This document shows positions 11,882 to 27,300 of a stretch of 64,000 nucleotides of DNA, in pieces; the stretch's first letter is position 1, and every line of letters starts with the position of its first letter. Under the pieces are notes generated by a model. That model had not been told where the DNA came from and did no database searches. It saw nothing but the letters and a program-made list of their open reading frames with translations. The DNA comes from Lingula anatina (lineage: Eukaryota > Animalia > Brachiopoda): the NCBI GenBank assembly GCA_051362555.1, contig CM120640.1:57204788-57268787 (forward strand), given 5' to 3'. The translations under genes and the position numbers were made by a program.

Positions 11882-14800
11882 TTTATTATGACTGTATACA
11901 TGTTTGGGTCACAATGATACACAGATTTACTGGTGAAATATGAATTTTATCAAATTAGTATTATATATCAGTGTTTTAGTCAATAGAAGTACCAACAGCT
12001 AATGTAATAAACCTGGAAGATCTGTTTGGCCAAAAGTCTTTGCCCAGTTCCCAATTTTATGACTCTCAATAGTTTTATTTTATCTAAGTGTATTATATGC
12101 ATAGATTCAGGAATATTGATAGGAGTTGCCTTTGGGAAATCAAAATTAGATTCTAGTCAGTAATAGTGGATGTCATATTACAATGGCACATGACAATCAG
12201 GGTTCTAGATCGCAGCAAAAGCAATATTCCCTAGATTATTATTTTTCAGCAATAACATAGGGGAACATATTGTTAAATTTGTAGATTGACACTTAAGTGG
12301 TTTATTCTCTTTTTTTGTGTGTGTCGTGCCACTGGGCTATTTTGGCTAATTTCATTTGAAATGATATGGGGATAATCCACAAGCGAATTGGTAGACCTAC
12401 ATATTTTCTCTTCTTTTCTCCTCTTCTCTGGTCTGCTGTCTCTCTCTCATGTTTTTTTGTGATAGAAAAGGTAGAAACTAGTGTTGGCTCCTAGCATCAA
12501 AAGTAGACTTCCATACATACACAGTTACAGTTTTAGATTTATTGATTGTACTGCTGATTTACAGGCAAATGATCTGTACAACTAAAAGATTTGATGTTTG
12601 ATTTGCCTTTCCTTTGTCATTAGATCACCTTATCAACCAGAGGTAGTTCATGTGGTACACCATTTAGGAAAGGCTGACACTTATTTGAAAAAAAAAAAAA
12701 ATACAGAAATAAAATTAGTCTGTTTGATTTTATTTTAAATATGGACATTTGTTTATAAATAAAAATTTGGTTTGCACATGCCATGGGACGAACACTGTTT
12801 GACCTATTTTGTTGTTAAACCATAGGAAGAGGAAATGTAATTATTACTAGTTTATCAGAAGTTGGGAATCTCAACTTGAAGGACCAGTCTGTACTGAGCT
12901 GTAGGTCAGCTATGGTTATGAAAAAGTACAGATAATGAAATGTTTTGGTCATGCAGTATAATTGTCTTTGGGGATTTGCTCAAAATTGGAAATTGACATG
13001 TCAGTCAGTTGATCTGAGTTGACCAATTTATTTGCTAGAAAAACAGACTTTGGGTTCATATATGAATAGAATATCTTCATTCAGAGGGTTATATTTATCT
13101 TACCATTAATATTTCTGTAATTATTTTCAGTTTAAGTTAACAGTTATTCTTTACAGGGCTTTTTGGTTAAAAGCAGATTGAAAAATTACACAAATATATA
13201 AATTTACATAAATGCAACTAGTTCTATTTTCAGTTTAGCTTGTGAGTCACATGTTTGTTTTTTTTTTCTTGGTTGCAATTGCCAAATTAAGTATCAGAGT
13301 AAGTCTTCAGGAGGTGTTACTTAGAAGTACGTTGTACGTGAAGTATACATAATTACAGTATTTACAGCTTCTTCACATGTACAGCTTCTTGACAGTGGCT
13401 TGAGGGTTATTGACAGAATTTGAGGGTGAAAATGATATTAGTTGCTATTCTCACTCAGTACTTGGACTATATATGTAATATGTCAGCGATATGGAAAATG
13501 TGAGAATAGATTAGCCCAGAGTTTACTTTGGGAGGAACAATTTATAAATATTTATTTTTTATGAATTAATTTTTTTACTGAAAATAAAAAAATAGAACAT
13601 TAAACTTCGAAAGGAGACAATCTAACATATATCTATCTCATCAAAATGTTTGAGGTATTTAGGGGACAAACATTTTATGTATACAATGACCACTACCAGT
13701 ATATCAAAATAAACAACTAGACACATGCAACCCCCCCCCCCCCCCCCCTTGCTGTTGTGAATCATCATAAAGTACAAAATTGATGTGTGGACAAAAATTG
13801 TATGTATTCCATCACAATTTTCTTATTTTAGAACTATTATGTACTTAACAGAAATGAAATATAATGAGTTTAAATGGTGTTGGTAGGCATAATATAGTAA
13901 ACTGAATAATCATTATTTACTCTGGATGCTTCAAGTTTTTGAACGACCTTCAAGTGGCGCTTTACAGTCTGCACTGACTGTTCACTTTCTCTGGTGTATA
14001 GTGGCTTCATTGTGGCATGAAGAGTAGGGGCAGTGTCCTTTTTGTCTTGAAAAACAGTGCATTCGTAAGTGTGGATTCTCCCTCAAAGTGTGCCCCACAA
14101 GGAATGGCCTGAGACCCCAGATAGCAAACAGGGCCATGCAGTCAGCAGTTGTTGTCAACCCGACATCAGACCACTACATGTATAATAGTACTTTGTAACA
14201 AAAGAGATTATAACAAAAACCCAACCCTTTTAGAAAGAAAAATGATCAAACTTTTAACGTCGAAACAATTTCATTATACATTTATGATAGTACTTTGTTA
14301 CAAAAGAGATTATAACAAAAACCCAACCTTTTTAGAAAAAAAAGATCAATTTTTTAACGTCAAAACGATTTCATTATACATTAATAAGTCTTGGAAGTTT
14401 GCTATTCACCCCAGGATCATTCATTTTTCAACCAAAACTAACTGTTATTATACCTTAAACTGTGGTTAGCTAACTTTGATATTTCTCATTTTAAACTTTT
14501 AAAAACAAAATCTATAAACATTAATTACATTTACAAAAATGAAAGTGGTTTACAACAATAATAAAAACCACCTTAAGAACTATTAAGGCCAGATTATCCA
14601 CTAATTATTAAAGAGCGCCTTGGAGAAAATATCTACACAAAAAATCCTTTTTTTAATCAATTTGTGGCCATGCATTTGTCAAGCTTATTTCTTTTAGAAA
14701 ACATTACTTGCACCATTTGAAGAATCATATTTAGCTACATATACCCCGATATGTATTTATGGCATAAGGTTCACATACAATTTTTAATAAACCTTAAAGG

Positions 14801-17321
14801 GACACTCCATGAGATTGCTCCACCAAAAGTGAATTTTTCGAGTAAATAATCAATTCTCATGCATTCGTGAAGCATTTACCTATTCATCTCTTTACTTGCG
14901 TTTGTTCTTTCATAAAATTTATAAATGTTGATTTTAGCATAAAATAAACTGGACAGTCATTATAACTTCCCATTACTTCCAATATAAATATCAACATCAG
15001 GTGCACTACAAAAATTATTTACGGAAAAAACTTGAAAATTTCGTCGCTTGAAAATTAATTAATATTTTAAATTGCGTACATCAGACGAATTTTTCAAAAT
15101 TCCTTTCCTCGACTTTCCCCGACTCCTGGATATGATGAAATTTTCCAAACTCCAAATTCCAAATCTGCCACAGCAAAGGGGGGGGGGTACAATAATCGGT
15201 AATGATGATCTTGCGCGAGCAAAGTCTCTAAGTCCCTTGAACTAATATGAAAATTGCATTCTATTAATTGTTGCTTACATCGCGAACAATCTCCCGCTGA
15301 AGATTTGAAAATTGCCTTCTCCTCTCGCTCGGGGACGAATGATCTCCCCCTGACGATTTTACGCAAACAACATCCCTTGAACAATTATGAAAATTGCTTT
15401 GCTGTCTCTCTCAGATCGCGAACGATCTACTACGATCTTATGGGAATGATCTCCTGCTGAAGATATGAAAATTACCTTCTTGTCTCACTCGGATGGCGAA
15501 CAATCTACTGACGTTCTTACGCAAACGATCTCCTGCTAAAGATATGAAAATTGCCTTCTCGTCTCACTCGGACGGCGAACAATCTCCCGCGAAGGAAGTC
15601 TCTTGAACAAATATGAAAATTGCCCTCTCGTCTCACGAATGATCTCCTGCCGACGATCTTCCATGAACGAAGTCCCTTGAAACAAATATCAAAATTACCT
15701 TTTCGTCTTGCTCAGATTCCAAATGAACTCCTGCCGACAATCTTCCGCAAATATATATATGAGCATACAATTATTTGTCTATGTAAATGTGATGATTATT
15801 TATATGCTGAACGATATAGTTAATGTTTCTGTCTATTATAGTAGTAGTACCTTAGGTGTAAATGTGTATATCACTTAAAAATCAAGGAATCTGAATTACA
15901 TACATGTAGTGACTTTCATACATTGCAATGAACTTTTCAAAATTATCCAGAGGGCCCATTTTCAAGCTCAACGAAATTTTCAAAGTGAAAAAAATAACGT
16001 CGGCAGAAAATCCTCTTTTGATGAAATTTTCAAGATTGACGAAATTTTCAAGTTTTTTACCGAAAGTGTTAAATTATTCCTAAGATGTATATAAGGTTTT
16101 ATAAGAATCCAAACCCATACAGTGTCCCTTCAAAAGAAATTTTATTCAAACATCTTTTTGCTCTATCTTCTATATTTATGTAAATATGTTGTGTTGGAAG
16201 TTAAGCTTATATATAATTCATAAGTACCTGCTCCATGAGCAATTTCATTTTTATTCTTGCTTGATCCAGTCTATTTCATTACAGCATAACAATTCTGTAG
16301 TAGACATTTGTAAATTACAATTAATTGCCAGACATACATTTTCATATAATACTATCATTACTAACACGATTGCAGCACCATGTGTTTTTAACAAGACCTA
16401 AATTGTAAACTACAAATTGGAGATGATTTCCTGGATGAGATAAAGATTGCAACACCTGTATGTATTCCAATCAATAGGATTATATGTTCAGTACTAGTAT
16501 ATAAACTTCCATGGGGAAAACTTGACAGTCAGGTGGAATGGAGAGATCAATAAGTGAACATAGGTGCAAAGCAATTTTTTGCTCAATTTCCTAAGTCATT
16601 AAGAGAGGATTACTTGACAGTTAAAATTATGATACATTATGATACATTAATTCCCTGGTGTGCTGGGTTGTAGCATGCTATTTTATGCTTTTTAATTTTT
16701 TTTTCAAAACCCAAGTAGGGGAATTATCTTTAATGACACCACTTGAACAGTCCAAAATACCATCCAGATTTAAAAAATATAAGACTGTGTGTTATGGTGT
16801 GTTTTAAGTCCTTAACCACATTTTATAACATTTTCCAACCATAAAGGTCAAGGAATCATTGGGTTTTGTGACATTTGGTGAATGATAACAGGAAATGAGA
16901 CATGGCAAACTTAAGCATGTAACACATACCTTAAGACTGAAGGGTTTCAACATTGGAATTTGTCCAGTGCAGTAGTTGACATTTTTCAGCTACTGCAGAT
17001 CTAAATCTCCTTTCAGAAATATAGACCTTGATCTTTAATGTTAAAATTTGTCTTTAATTTTTTTTATGAATAATGGAGTCATATTAAAAATGTAGGTTCC
17101 ATGTTTTATGGACAAGAAAAAATGTGTTTTAAAGAAAGCCTCAGCCTGACATATTTCAGTGTGAAGGGGATGCTGTATTTTTGCCAAAGACAGTACCAGA
17201 ATGGATTTCACCTAACACATTATCTTTGTCACATCCAGATACAGCCAGTTCTTTTGAAGCAAAACAGAGCAGAGCATCTCAAGGCAATCTAGGTCATTTC
17301 TTTAAGGCAGCATTGAGGAAG

Positions 17322-17384
<63 letters not shown>

Positions 17385-19242
17385 GATTTGGTATGATTGA
17401 CCACTATGTAAATTATTTTTCATGGACAGACTGGCACTGTTTCATTTCTTACATTCTTGTGTATAATAAGCCCCTTCACCAATTTCCAGTTCAAGTGAGT
17501 TATTGGATTAGTACTCAATAATCTTCATTGTAAACAGGATTTTAGGAAACCAGTTTACAGAAATCTTCCTGCATTCACACAAACTACCACACTTAAGTCT
17601 TGAAACGTGACCTAACTTGGCTATACACCAGGATAAATGGCGGATATATATCTGTTAGATACCTGGTAGTGTATTTCATAAGTGGGAAAGAGTTGATATC
17701 CAGATGAATTGATTGTGTTGTGAATATTATTAGAATTATGAAGACAGAAATTAATTCTAATGTGCGAATTAAAATATCTCTTCTAGTCCACTCTCTTTCT
17801 GTAAACCCCCCTTTACACTGGATGGCATTCTTTCTGCATACTATAGTAAGGCCCTGTTTGAGAATAAAAAATATTCTTAATGTGCCAACAATTGACCAAT
17901 CATTTAGCATTCATTCTGCAACCAAAGCGATGCTTGTGCCTCCTGTCTTTGACCACAGCAATGCCAGTTTCATGGTCACACAAGGGACGCAGAAAGGACG
18001 CCATCTAGTGTAAAGGGGCTTTAACTTTTTTTTTTTAATAATCTGTTTGTATTGAACTTGTTGCATTAAGACATTTATAGACCATTTTGCATGCCCTGAA
18101 CACAGTCATTTGGTTAGTAATAACAGTGCTTGGATTATAAACATAAATGGGGAAACATCTCAAGGCAAATCACCCTGTAAGTAAGGAGATTGCAAACAGT
18201 AACATTATTATATGTTTTTGTGTTTAATCTTTGCATGCTGATAAATAATCTTCACATTGTTTCAAAAAAAGAAAGAAAGAAAGAAATCCCATTGGATCCC
18301 AGTGAAAATCCATCAGAATTCAGAAGTTGTGGGTCATGACTTACTATGCATTTCTAAAATTGTGACTTAGCTAACTATTGATTAGTTCTAAGTCAAATAT
18401 CATCTAAAGGTCAGTTATTCCTATATTCAGACATGTTATATCCCAGCAGGCAAGAACAGCTAGTTCTGGATATTAATGTGGAACCAAATTGTTCCTATGG
18501 TTATTCTGTATGTTCTAAATGGTAATACATGCAAAAATCTTTTTTTTCCTATTCATAATTAGATTCAGATTAATAGTCTTAAAGACCTGTTACAGAAGGA
18601 GAAAGCTAATTTTTGATACTTGCAATAGTATTTCACCTAAAAATACAATTCACATTAAATGAATCAAGATAGTAATGATTTTTTCACGTGCAGATTGACT
18701 GTAAGTAAAACGTGCTTCAAATAATTGCTTTATGATAAACTTACCATGCAAAGCTACTATATTAGAATCATATCATTCAGATTATTTTTCATATCATATT
18801 TTTGCTTTATTTAAGACCTTCCCAACAGGCAAAATATGTTGTTTTAACGTTGAACCATAAAGTTGATAAGATGTTGGATAAACGTTGGATTTGAAAGTTG
18901 GATCAACGTCAAATAACTGCATTGTATCAACGTCAGATAACAACATTGTATCAACCCAAGTTGTTAGACAACATTCTTGCATGAAAAGACATTAAAATGA
19001 CCTGAAATGTTTTTATTTTTGGTACAAAACACAGGTACACAATTATAACGTACACTGTAAAAACATCCAAGTGCCTGCTTTGTCTGATTTTTTCAACGCA
19101 TTTAGCTCCTAAGCATGTTTTGCATCTAAGCATGGTACACCCTTTTAGCCTGGATGTGTTTAGCAGTAGGACATGTTTGATGGCTAAATACATGTAGGGT
19201 ATATATCATGTATGGCCTTAAAGTTAGGTTTTCAAGGTTTTG

Positions 19243-19278
<36 letters not shown>

Positions 19279-22200
19279 AAAGCCACGGTCACCTCAACCT
19301 GTCTATCTATAACAGGGTACCGTAAACTGTCATTCAATATTGTTAACTTCACTCCATCACATTTACAGTTACTTATTCATCCTAGTGTTAGCTGACCTTG
19401 CAAGGAAGTTTATTGGAATGTATTTTTGAATAACTAGTTAAGAAAATTCAGTAGTTCACTAAAGACACAAAACAACTGTCACTTTTACTTTAAAACACCG
19501 TTTTTAATATTTTGATAAAGTTCGTTACAGTATTGATAACAAAGTATCATGTTTTCAATAATTAATAATTTAAATTACGATCCATGTCTTGCATCACAAC
19601 AACCAAACAACAACGTTGAGTCACTGACCAAAATACAACATTGAGTCAACGTCACATTATGATGGCATTTTGACGTGGCTGGATCAACATTTGATGTTGA
19701 ATTTAGGTAGATCAACGGCAATTCAATGACCACATTTCAAAAGCAATTTAACCTTGGAGCAGAGATTTGATCCATTTAAAGGTGGGTGTGGAGTTGGGAG
19801 ACCATCAGGCTTCAGCGTCATTGCTTTTTAACGCTGGTCGGCCATATTTAGTGAGCGGATCAGTAAGTACTCAGATCTTCCATTTCGAATGGGGCCCATA
19901 CACATAAATTATAGGTCTTTTCAAAGACTGAAATGATTGCATACTCTGTAATATATTCAACATGCATGTATAATGTCATTTAACATTTAAGAATCCTTGT
20001 ATGTTTTCTTTAAGGTCAATCTGTTTTCATGAAACCAATGTATTATCCTATTTTGCTATTGTGTGATATTTGAAAGAGTCAAACAAGTTTTATATCAGGC
20101 ATATTGATTTCCTTAATTAAGAGGAGATTGAAATCAAGGTATTAAATAAAGCAAAAATATGATCAGTAAGTCCTCAGATCATCCCATTTTGAATGGGGCC
20201 TCAGTTAAAAAGTGCATTGCCAGTGTGTGTTTGTGTGTTTTTGTTTGTGTGTACATATATGTGCTTGCATGCCTAAGGCGCATAATTCTATGTTCAGAAA
20301 CTTAGTATAAATGCAATTGCAGTTTACATTATTATAATTTTTTCTGTTACTAATTTACATGATTTGTTGAATTTTATATCTGTACAGCAAATCAGTCTCA
20401 CTGATGAAAGATTTTATGTTCACTTACTTTACTTTATTGAGATGAATTTTTTTTTATTTGAGTATATGGGTGGTATATTAGTTTATTCAGGCTGTTATTA
20501 ACAGCTTCATGCATAAAGCCATGTTTGTAATCTGTCTCGGCAAACATACTTATTGATCAGGTGTCTGGCTTGGCGAGTTTTACCCTGTTAATATGTGTCT
20601 TAATGAAATGAGTTTGGCTCAAGAAATTTAATTACTTTTGGAAACCTGATTTGTAGAATTGTAAGGACGCAGTGATACATACAGACAGGCTTAGAACTGA
20701 TTGACTTTAAAAAATCATGCACTGGAAAAAATGTGTTATTAACTAGCAATGTGATATTTTATCAATACCCTACCTTTACTGTCCAGAATTTAAAATCAAT
20801 TTCTAGGGACAGTTATCATGTTGCATTCAATTCTTTTTTTTTTTTCATAGAAATCAGGAGATATGAAAGCAATAAGATTGAAAACAAGTAATGCTTACTC
20901 CAATGTCCAGGTGTCTATTGAGATCATCCTCATCTACTCTTGACATTTTTGTTATTTGTATTAAAATATACTTTATTGATTTTGTTGACATTATCTATGT
21001 AAATATGCAATATAAGAAACCTAAAGATACTTCACAGTCTATACTCCACTTACCCAATTTTTTTAAATGCAGATGTTTTATTGTTTCTGGTGGATGGGAC
21101 CCTGGTGGAGATATTATTGCCAAGTGCCATTGTGCCCCTGTGCCCAGTGACAATACGGTAATGTGCCATGAATTTCGTACAGTAGAAAAAATTTTTATTT
21201 GGAAAAAGATCATTTTGGTCGAAATTCATGAAATGGAGGTGCTTAGAACTTTCAAAAGTTTGAATTTCATAGAATTTGTCTATTTTGACTGGAAGTTATC
21301 TGTTCGTCGCTAGGCCTTATATGTTACCTTCTCCTGACAATCTATATAGAGTTACCATAATGTATGATGGGTGAGTGTCGGTAATTGCGACCCAAGGGAT
21401 ACACATACTTTCACCCGATCACTGTGTATGGCCCAAGGTGCTAGATAGCGAGCGGTACTATTGGCTAGAGACGCAAAACAGTATTATTATCAGTAGTGTT
21501 GTTTTTCAAAAGCGATTCTGGCAGCCAGAAACTAGTATCTCCTGTTATCTTAATGAATGGTGATGATGTTGTTTAGCACCCTAAGCTAACTGTACCGATT
21601 GACATGAGTGCGAAAATAGCCCGTTGGCCAATTTTAAGGTGTACGAAATTCACGAAAATCAAGATTGCGCAAAATTGCTTACCTATCGAAATTCATGGTC
21701 CATAAAAAATTCCAGATGGCCAATTTTAAGATCGTTTGAAAATTAAGAGCCATTTGAAATTCATGGCACTTTACCGTAATCATGCTGATAGACATGTGGT
21801 TGCACTAAGACTGCTGGGATAAATCAAAGAGTTGTAGAGAAGGTACCCCTCTACAACTTCTTCGATAAAATTTAGCAAAATGGTCTCCATTTACAGATTC
21901 ATCTGGCCCATAGACGGGTGTGTGTGTGTGTGTGTGTGGTATCATTTTAAAAGGGAAAAGGCCCATTCAGGTTTGAAATTTGATCTAGGTACATGAAGAT
22001 TTAGTAGTAAAAGCTCCATTTTTTCCGACCTACCCCCCTACCCTTTAAAGTTGCTGGCTTCTTGCCTGTTCATGTAAAATTATTATCTGTTGACGGGCAC
22101 ATTTTCAGTTCATGGTTCTTTACCAAATATCAACAGTGGGTCGCAAAAAGCTTTCACATACACATAGGCTTTATAATGTTTGCTGGCAATAAAAAGTTTT

Positions 22201-23356
22201 GAAGTTTTGAAGGGCAAAGTAATTCATTTTCAAAGTCAGTTGAAATATATTTAGCAGATGAGACTACAATATTGAAGTTGATACTGCAAGATCCTGTGTT
22301 AACTAGTTAACTACCTGGGTACAATCATTCCACAGAAAGAGCAGCTGGATTGACCCAGAATTCTAGATGCCAAATAGCATGCGCTGTCAAAATCTGATGA
22401 ACAGTTGTGAGCTGTTCACCTACCCCAAAACTGATTTGGCAAACCAAATTTTGTTTTACTTTAAATTAACTGAGAACCTTTGCTTGTTTAGAAAAAGAAA
22501 ATGGGATAATTTTCATAAAAGTAATTGATATTTCACGTTTTTTCCATGTATTTTGGTGGCTTTGCCCCATAAAAGCAAAACCTTTTTTGTACTTCAAATT
22601 TGCTGAGTGGCTTTGTACTAGTATGCTGATAGGGCTGGTTGCGTTCAAAATTTGGTATGATTGATTTTTTTTTTTACAATTTAGTATTATTTTTTTGTTT
22701 TGTTTTAGTTTTTGTAAATATTGTTGCAGTGTTTTTTGCTTGCTGTTTGGTATCTGTATTTTGCCAGCTTTGCTGTCTAGTTTTGTTTGCAGTCTTGCCT
22801 TTACCAATTATATGCTAGCATTTCCCCAACCTTGTGAGATTTGGTCTTTTCATTTGCATTCAGTGATGCTGACTACACATTTTCTTGGCTAGGTAGGCCC
22901 CAGAACAATGATTTACTTTTTATAATTTACATTTTCACAAATTTCTTGTTGTTTTAAAGGCCTACTGCCACATCCTAAGTGAAAATTTATTGTTGCACCA
23001 GCACTGATGGTACACATAGTTTAAGTCCAGCCCCGTCTTGACTGCTGTCTCCGCTGGGTTCCACCAGCTTGGCTGCCTTGTCACTGTTACCGTTTCTCCT
23101 CCCAGACTACAAGAGCCTGTGTACCCATCTCTTGCATGTAGGTCACATAAAATATAATGGGCAGTTGTTGCACTTAGGGAAATCTTTCATCCTCATGAGT
23201 TTGGGGTCAATTGGTGCATTATCACAGGAGAAGCAACCATTAGATGCTGAAACTGAAAACTCTCTAATTCTGAAACCGTAAATGCTAGAGACCTCTTGTT
23301 TGTTGCATTTTGTAGAGCTTGTCAAGTGCAATACGGGAAGTGGTGTCTGTTTTTTT

Positions 23357-23388
<32 letters not shown>

Positions 23389-24331
23389 TTTTGTTTTTGT
23401 TTTTGTCTTTCATACAGTTTAACAGTTTGCTCTGTATTAAAAAATAAGTCACAATATTCAGTGGTGAAAATAAAATGTGAAATACTCCAAGATTAGCAGA
23501 AATATGCCCATATTCACTATAGAACTTGAATAGGAAGTCATATACTGGCAATATGACTGTGACCTTGAAATTGACTTTTGACCCACTTTTCATCATGAGC
23601 TACGCTTTTCTAATTTCCTGACCCTTATATCTTCATAACTGGCGTTGATAAGCCCATACTTACTACTGTACTTGAATAAGAAATCCTATGTCAGCAATCC
23701 TACCTTGAATTTCACCTTTTACCTACTTTTCATTGTGAACTACACTTTGCAAATTTGCTGACCCTTTTATCTCCAAAACTGACAGTTATGCCCATATTTA
23801 CTATTGAACTCGAATAGGAAGTCATATATTGGCAATGGTACTATGACCTTGAATTTGACCTTTAACCTACTTAGGAACCTTTAACCTACTAGGAAGTTGT
23901 ATATTGGTAGTCTTACTATGACCTTGAATTTGACCTCTGAGATACTTTTCACCATGAACCGCATTTTACAAATACAGTATTTTAAAAGCACTTGTATTTA
24001 TTATAGAACTTAGATGGGAAGTCTTATATTCACAATCTTACTGCCCCCTTGGATTTGAATTTTAACTTTTCTCCACGATTTTGTTATTAATTGTAATATT
24101 CTAAAAAAATTAAGAACTCTTTTTTTACTGCATTTTGTAGAGCTTGTCAAGCACAACATTGGAGGTGGTGTCCCTTTTTTTTCTTTGTTTTCCATGCAAA
24201 TGCACATACCTGTATCGCCTCTCTAATCCTTTAGTTTATTTATTTGTGTTTAAAATCTACCCAGGTAATCATTATTTAGACAGGCTAGTTGTGATGATAA
24301 ATATGAACTTTTGGAAGATTTTTTTTTCTTT

Positions 24332-24370
<39 letters not shown>

Positions 24371-27300
24371 TCTATTTTTTTTATGTTTAGAATTTGATAA
24401 ATTTGATTTTCCATATGGATGTTGGGGACCATCTTATAGTCTCATATTCTTTGTCTAGGGCACTGCTTGCATGGGCATCTGAATGAAATATCACCATGCA
24501 GTAAGGTCTAATCTACCAAAAAATAGATAAATAAATAAGTAAATAAATAAAAAAGAAGAAAAGAAAAAAGAAAAAAACTTGAAATGCTGTATGATCAGCT
24601 TTAAATTCTGCAACTCAACAGTAAAATGAAATTATTACTGGATGGCTTAATCAAGCTTTTTATATTTTTTAAGGAGGAATAAACTGCTGACCCTTCCTCT
24701 TCCAACTTTACCTAATAAGACATAGGGACCATTCAGATCGAGAAGAGCTGAGATCTACCAAGGCCACGACCTAAATATGGCGGACCTACATGAAAGGAAG
24801 ATCGCTTAATCCTGTAATGGTCTCTCCGCCTCTCACATGCCTCCCCACGCAGCGTCCCTGCAGGGGCACAGTAATTAAATCTCGGCTCAATTCAACAGCT
24901 TTAGAGATGACGTGAGGGGAGCTGTGTGAGCTAGACCTAGGCTCTTCTCGATCTGAATGGTCCCTTAGGTTGCATTCAGAACAGATGGTCTGTGGACTAA
25001 CTGGATCAAATATGGTCAGCCCCACTTGTAAGCAATGCCACTTAATCCCCACTTAATCATCTTGAATTTAATCTGGTATTAGTTTATTGTAATTGTTATT
25101 AATCTGACATTAATTTTTATGGCTATGAATGACATTGAACCCAGGGCAGTAGAAAGTAAAGTTTTTCATTTTTTTCAATGATTTTAATGAAATTGGAATA
25201 GATTGTTTCAAATGTTTTTATCCCTTTTATCTTTATTTGTAAAGGCCACTTTTCTACCTGATATTAACCCTGATTCCACCTCAGTAAGGGTGCACATTTG
25301 TTGAATTGTGCTACATTTTCTCAGAAATAATATCAGCTTGCGTGACTGTATGGCATATTCTCTGGTAACAGAATTACTTCCAGGCGGGGTAATCATCTAC
25401 TGCCTACACAAAATGTTCAGTGTTAGGGAGTTTATATGAAAAAAAAAATTTTTACATGCAACCCTTCTGCTTGATTTGTTTTTTATTATGACGTTTTGGA
25501 TCAGAAAATCCTTTCAGCTCTCTTCAACATCAATAAGTGTCATTTTTAATGCTCTGCTAGTTTCATTAAACTGACAAACCAACCGGACTCTGCCACTGAA
25601 CATCGAGTTAAGGAAATGTTTCATGTCATGTCAGTGTGTGTATTCCCATACGTCACTCTTCTCAACTTCTCACATAGAATTCCCTATAGCCTGTCTGAAG
25701 AGCTCTCTGGACTGCCTATAAAGTTCTAGATACAATATAAAGTGACTCTCACTTCTGGCTTCTCTTTTCACATACTGAATGTACTTCCATTTCTTATTGA
25801 GAAAAGCAATAATCACTTGTGACCGTGACATGCAGAGATGTGCACCAGACATTATTATTCATTGTCTTTGGGGTTTTAGAATTATCTCTTGGTGAATATG
25901 AAGCTGAACTGCTGAGACAGAGCCAAACAAAATATTGATTGCTAAGATGGAAAAGAAAGATGATGAAAGCAGGTTCTCAGTGAAGCAACTGTAAGTTTTC
26001 TTTGATGTTTCAGTAGCTATAGAATTTGTAGTTCACCTTGTGTGTTGGTAATTTACACATTTAAAGGTGTTTAAGGTCTGTTCACATGTAACGGTTTAGT
26101 ATTTGTGATATGTTTGAACTTTTGCAGTGAAGGAAGTATTAAATGTTCAAAGAGATCTACTGTATTAAAATCGTATCATATTATGATGCCTGAAGGGACA
26201 ACATGAGTAGGCTATTGAAAGAAATCCACTGTAAGCAACTTGGAATTTGGAAAGTTTATTGATATTGTGAAAAAAATTACACTGCTAAACACATCTGTAT
26301 GTATAATTTTGATACCAGATTTAAATTAATGAAGCAAATAGGGAAAAAAGGGGATAAACAATTTGCCACTAGTGCAGCATCTGAAATGATATTCAGTTTT
26401 AACTTTGATAAGTTTATATAATTTATTGTAAATATTTATTACATGTATTTTAATAATTTATATAATTGAATTTCGTTGTTTGGAAATTCAAAATTGGAAC
26501 AACCAGGTGTAGACATTTGAGCAAGTAAAGCAGTTATCAATGTTTTAGACCATCTTTTTAAAAAAATCTGTAGAACAAAATGGCCGTAACTTAAGTGCCA
26601 CATGTACATATTATACTAGTAGTTCATCCACATAATAATGGACTGAGGATCACTGGAAGAACTTTTATCTTTGACCTAGTTTATGACTGTGGTCATTGTG
26701 TGGAATAGGTTTCCTTCATATGAGATTCAGGTTTTATTTTACGAGACAGTGCTGAGCGACCATTCCCACTCCTGGGAGAGACACACCACAGACACACTTA
26801 CATTCTGAAGTCTTCCAATTTTCATCTTAATTAACCAGTGCTTATATTTGAAAGACATGTTACAGCCTTTTAAAATATCATGTACACTAAATATTATGTA
26901 TGCAAGTGGCGAAATCAGGATAAATACAATTCACCATCCCTTAAAACATTTATTTATAGGATAAATCTGAGTTTGGTACTCCACAGAGTTGATGCTAAGA
27001 TAATTACTAGTAAGGATACCAAGAAATTTTGATATATAATTATTGTTGCAAAAATTAATTACATGATTCTTTCACAATCATTTGGCTCTATTACCATGAC
27101 TTCTGTAATGAATCTAGAGTCATGTTACTGCCAAATTGAAAATATTGATTTGAATCAGATATTTTCAGAGGTTAATGCATGTACCAGTCTTTAGGTGTTT
27201 AATGTACCAGAAATGAAATATCTGAGATACACAATTGGTTTTTAAGAATATTACAGTTCTGTCAACCCTGCTCTTTCACAAATATTCTACTCTTTCTCAC

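Noticed and set aside
15245-15750. Regularly recurring motif array resembling a CRISPR array
   Set aside because: Eukaryotic intron, whole units are homologous (no unique spacers), unit length varies and there are no cas genes; it is a TE-internal minisatellite.
17160-17396. Exon-like open stretch [15 protein letters not shown]... and the poly-Tyr ORF
   Set aside because: The donor is weak and not phase 2, there is no recognisable homology, and poly-Y comes from the (TAT)n microsatellite.
20891-21313. 140-aa ORF from the track
   Set aside because: Runs across a MITE boundary (21156), has an AT-driven composition and no recognisable domain.
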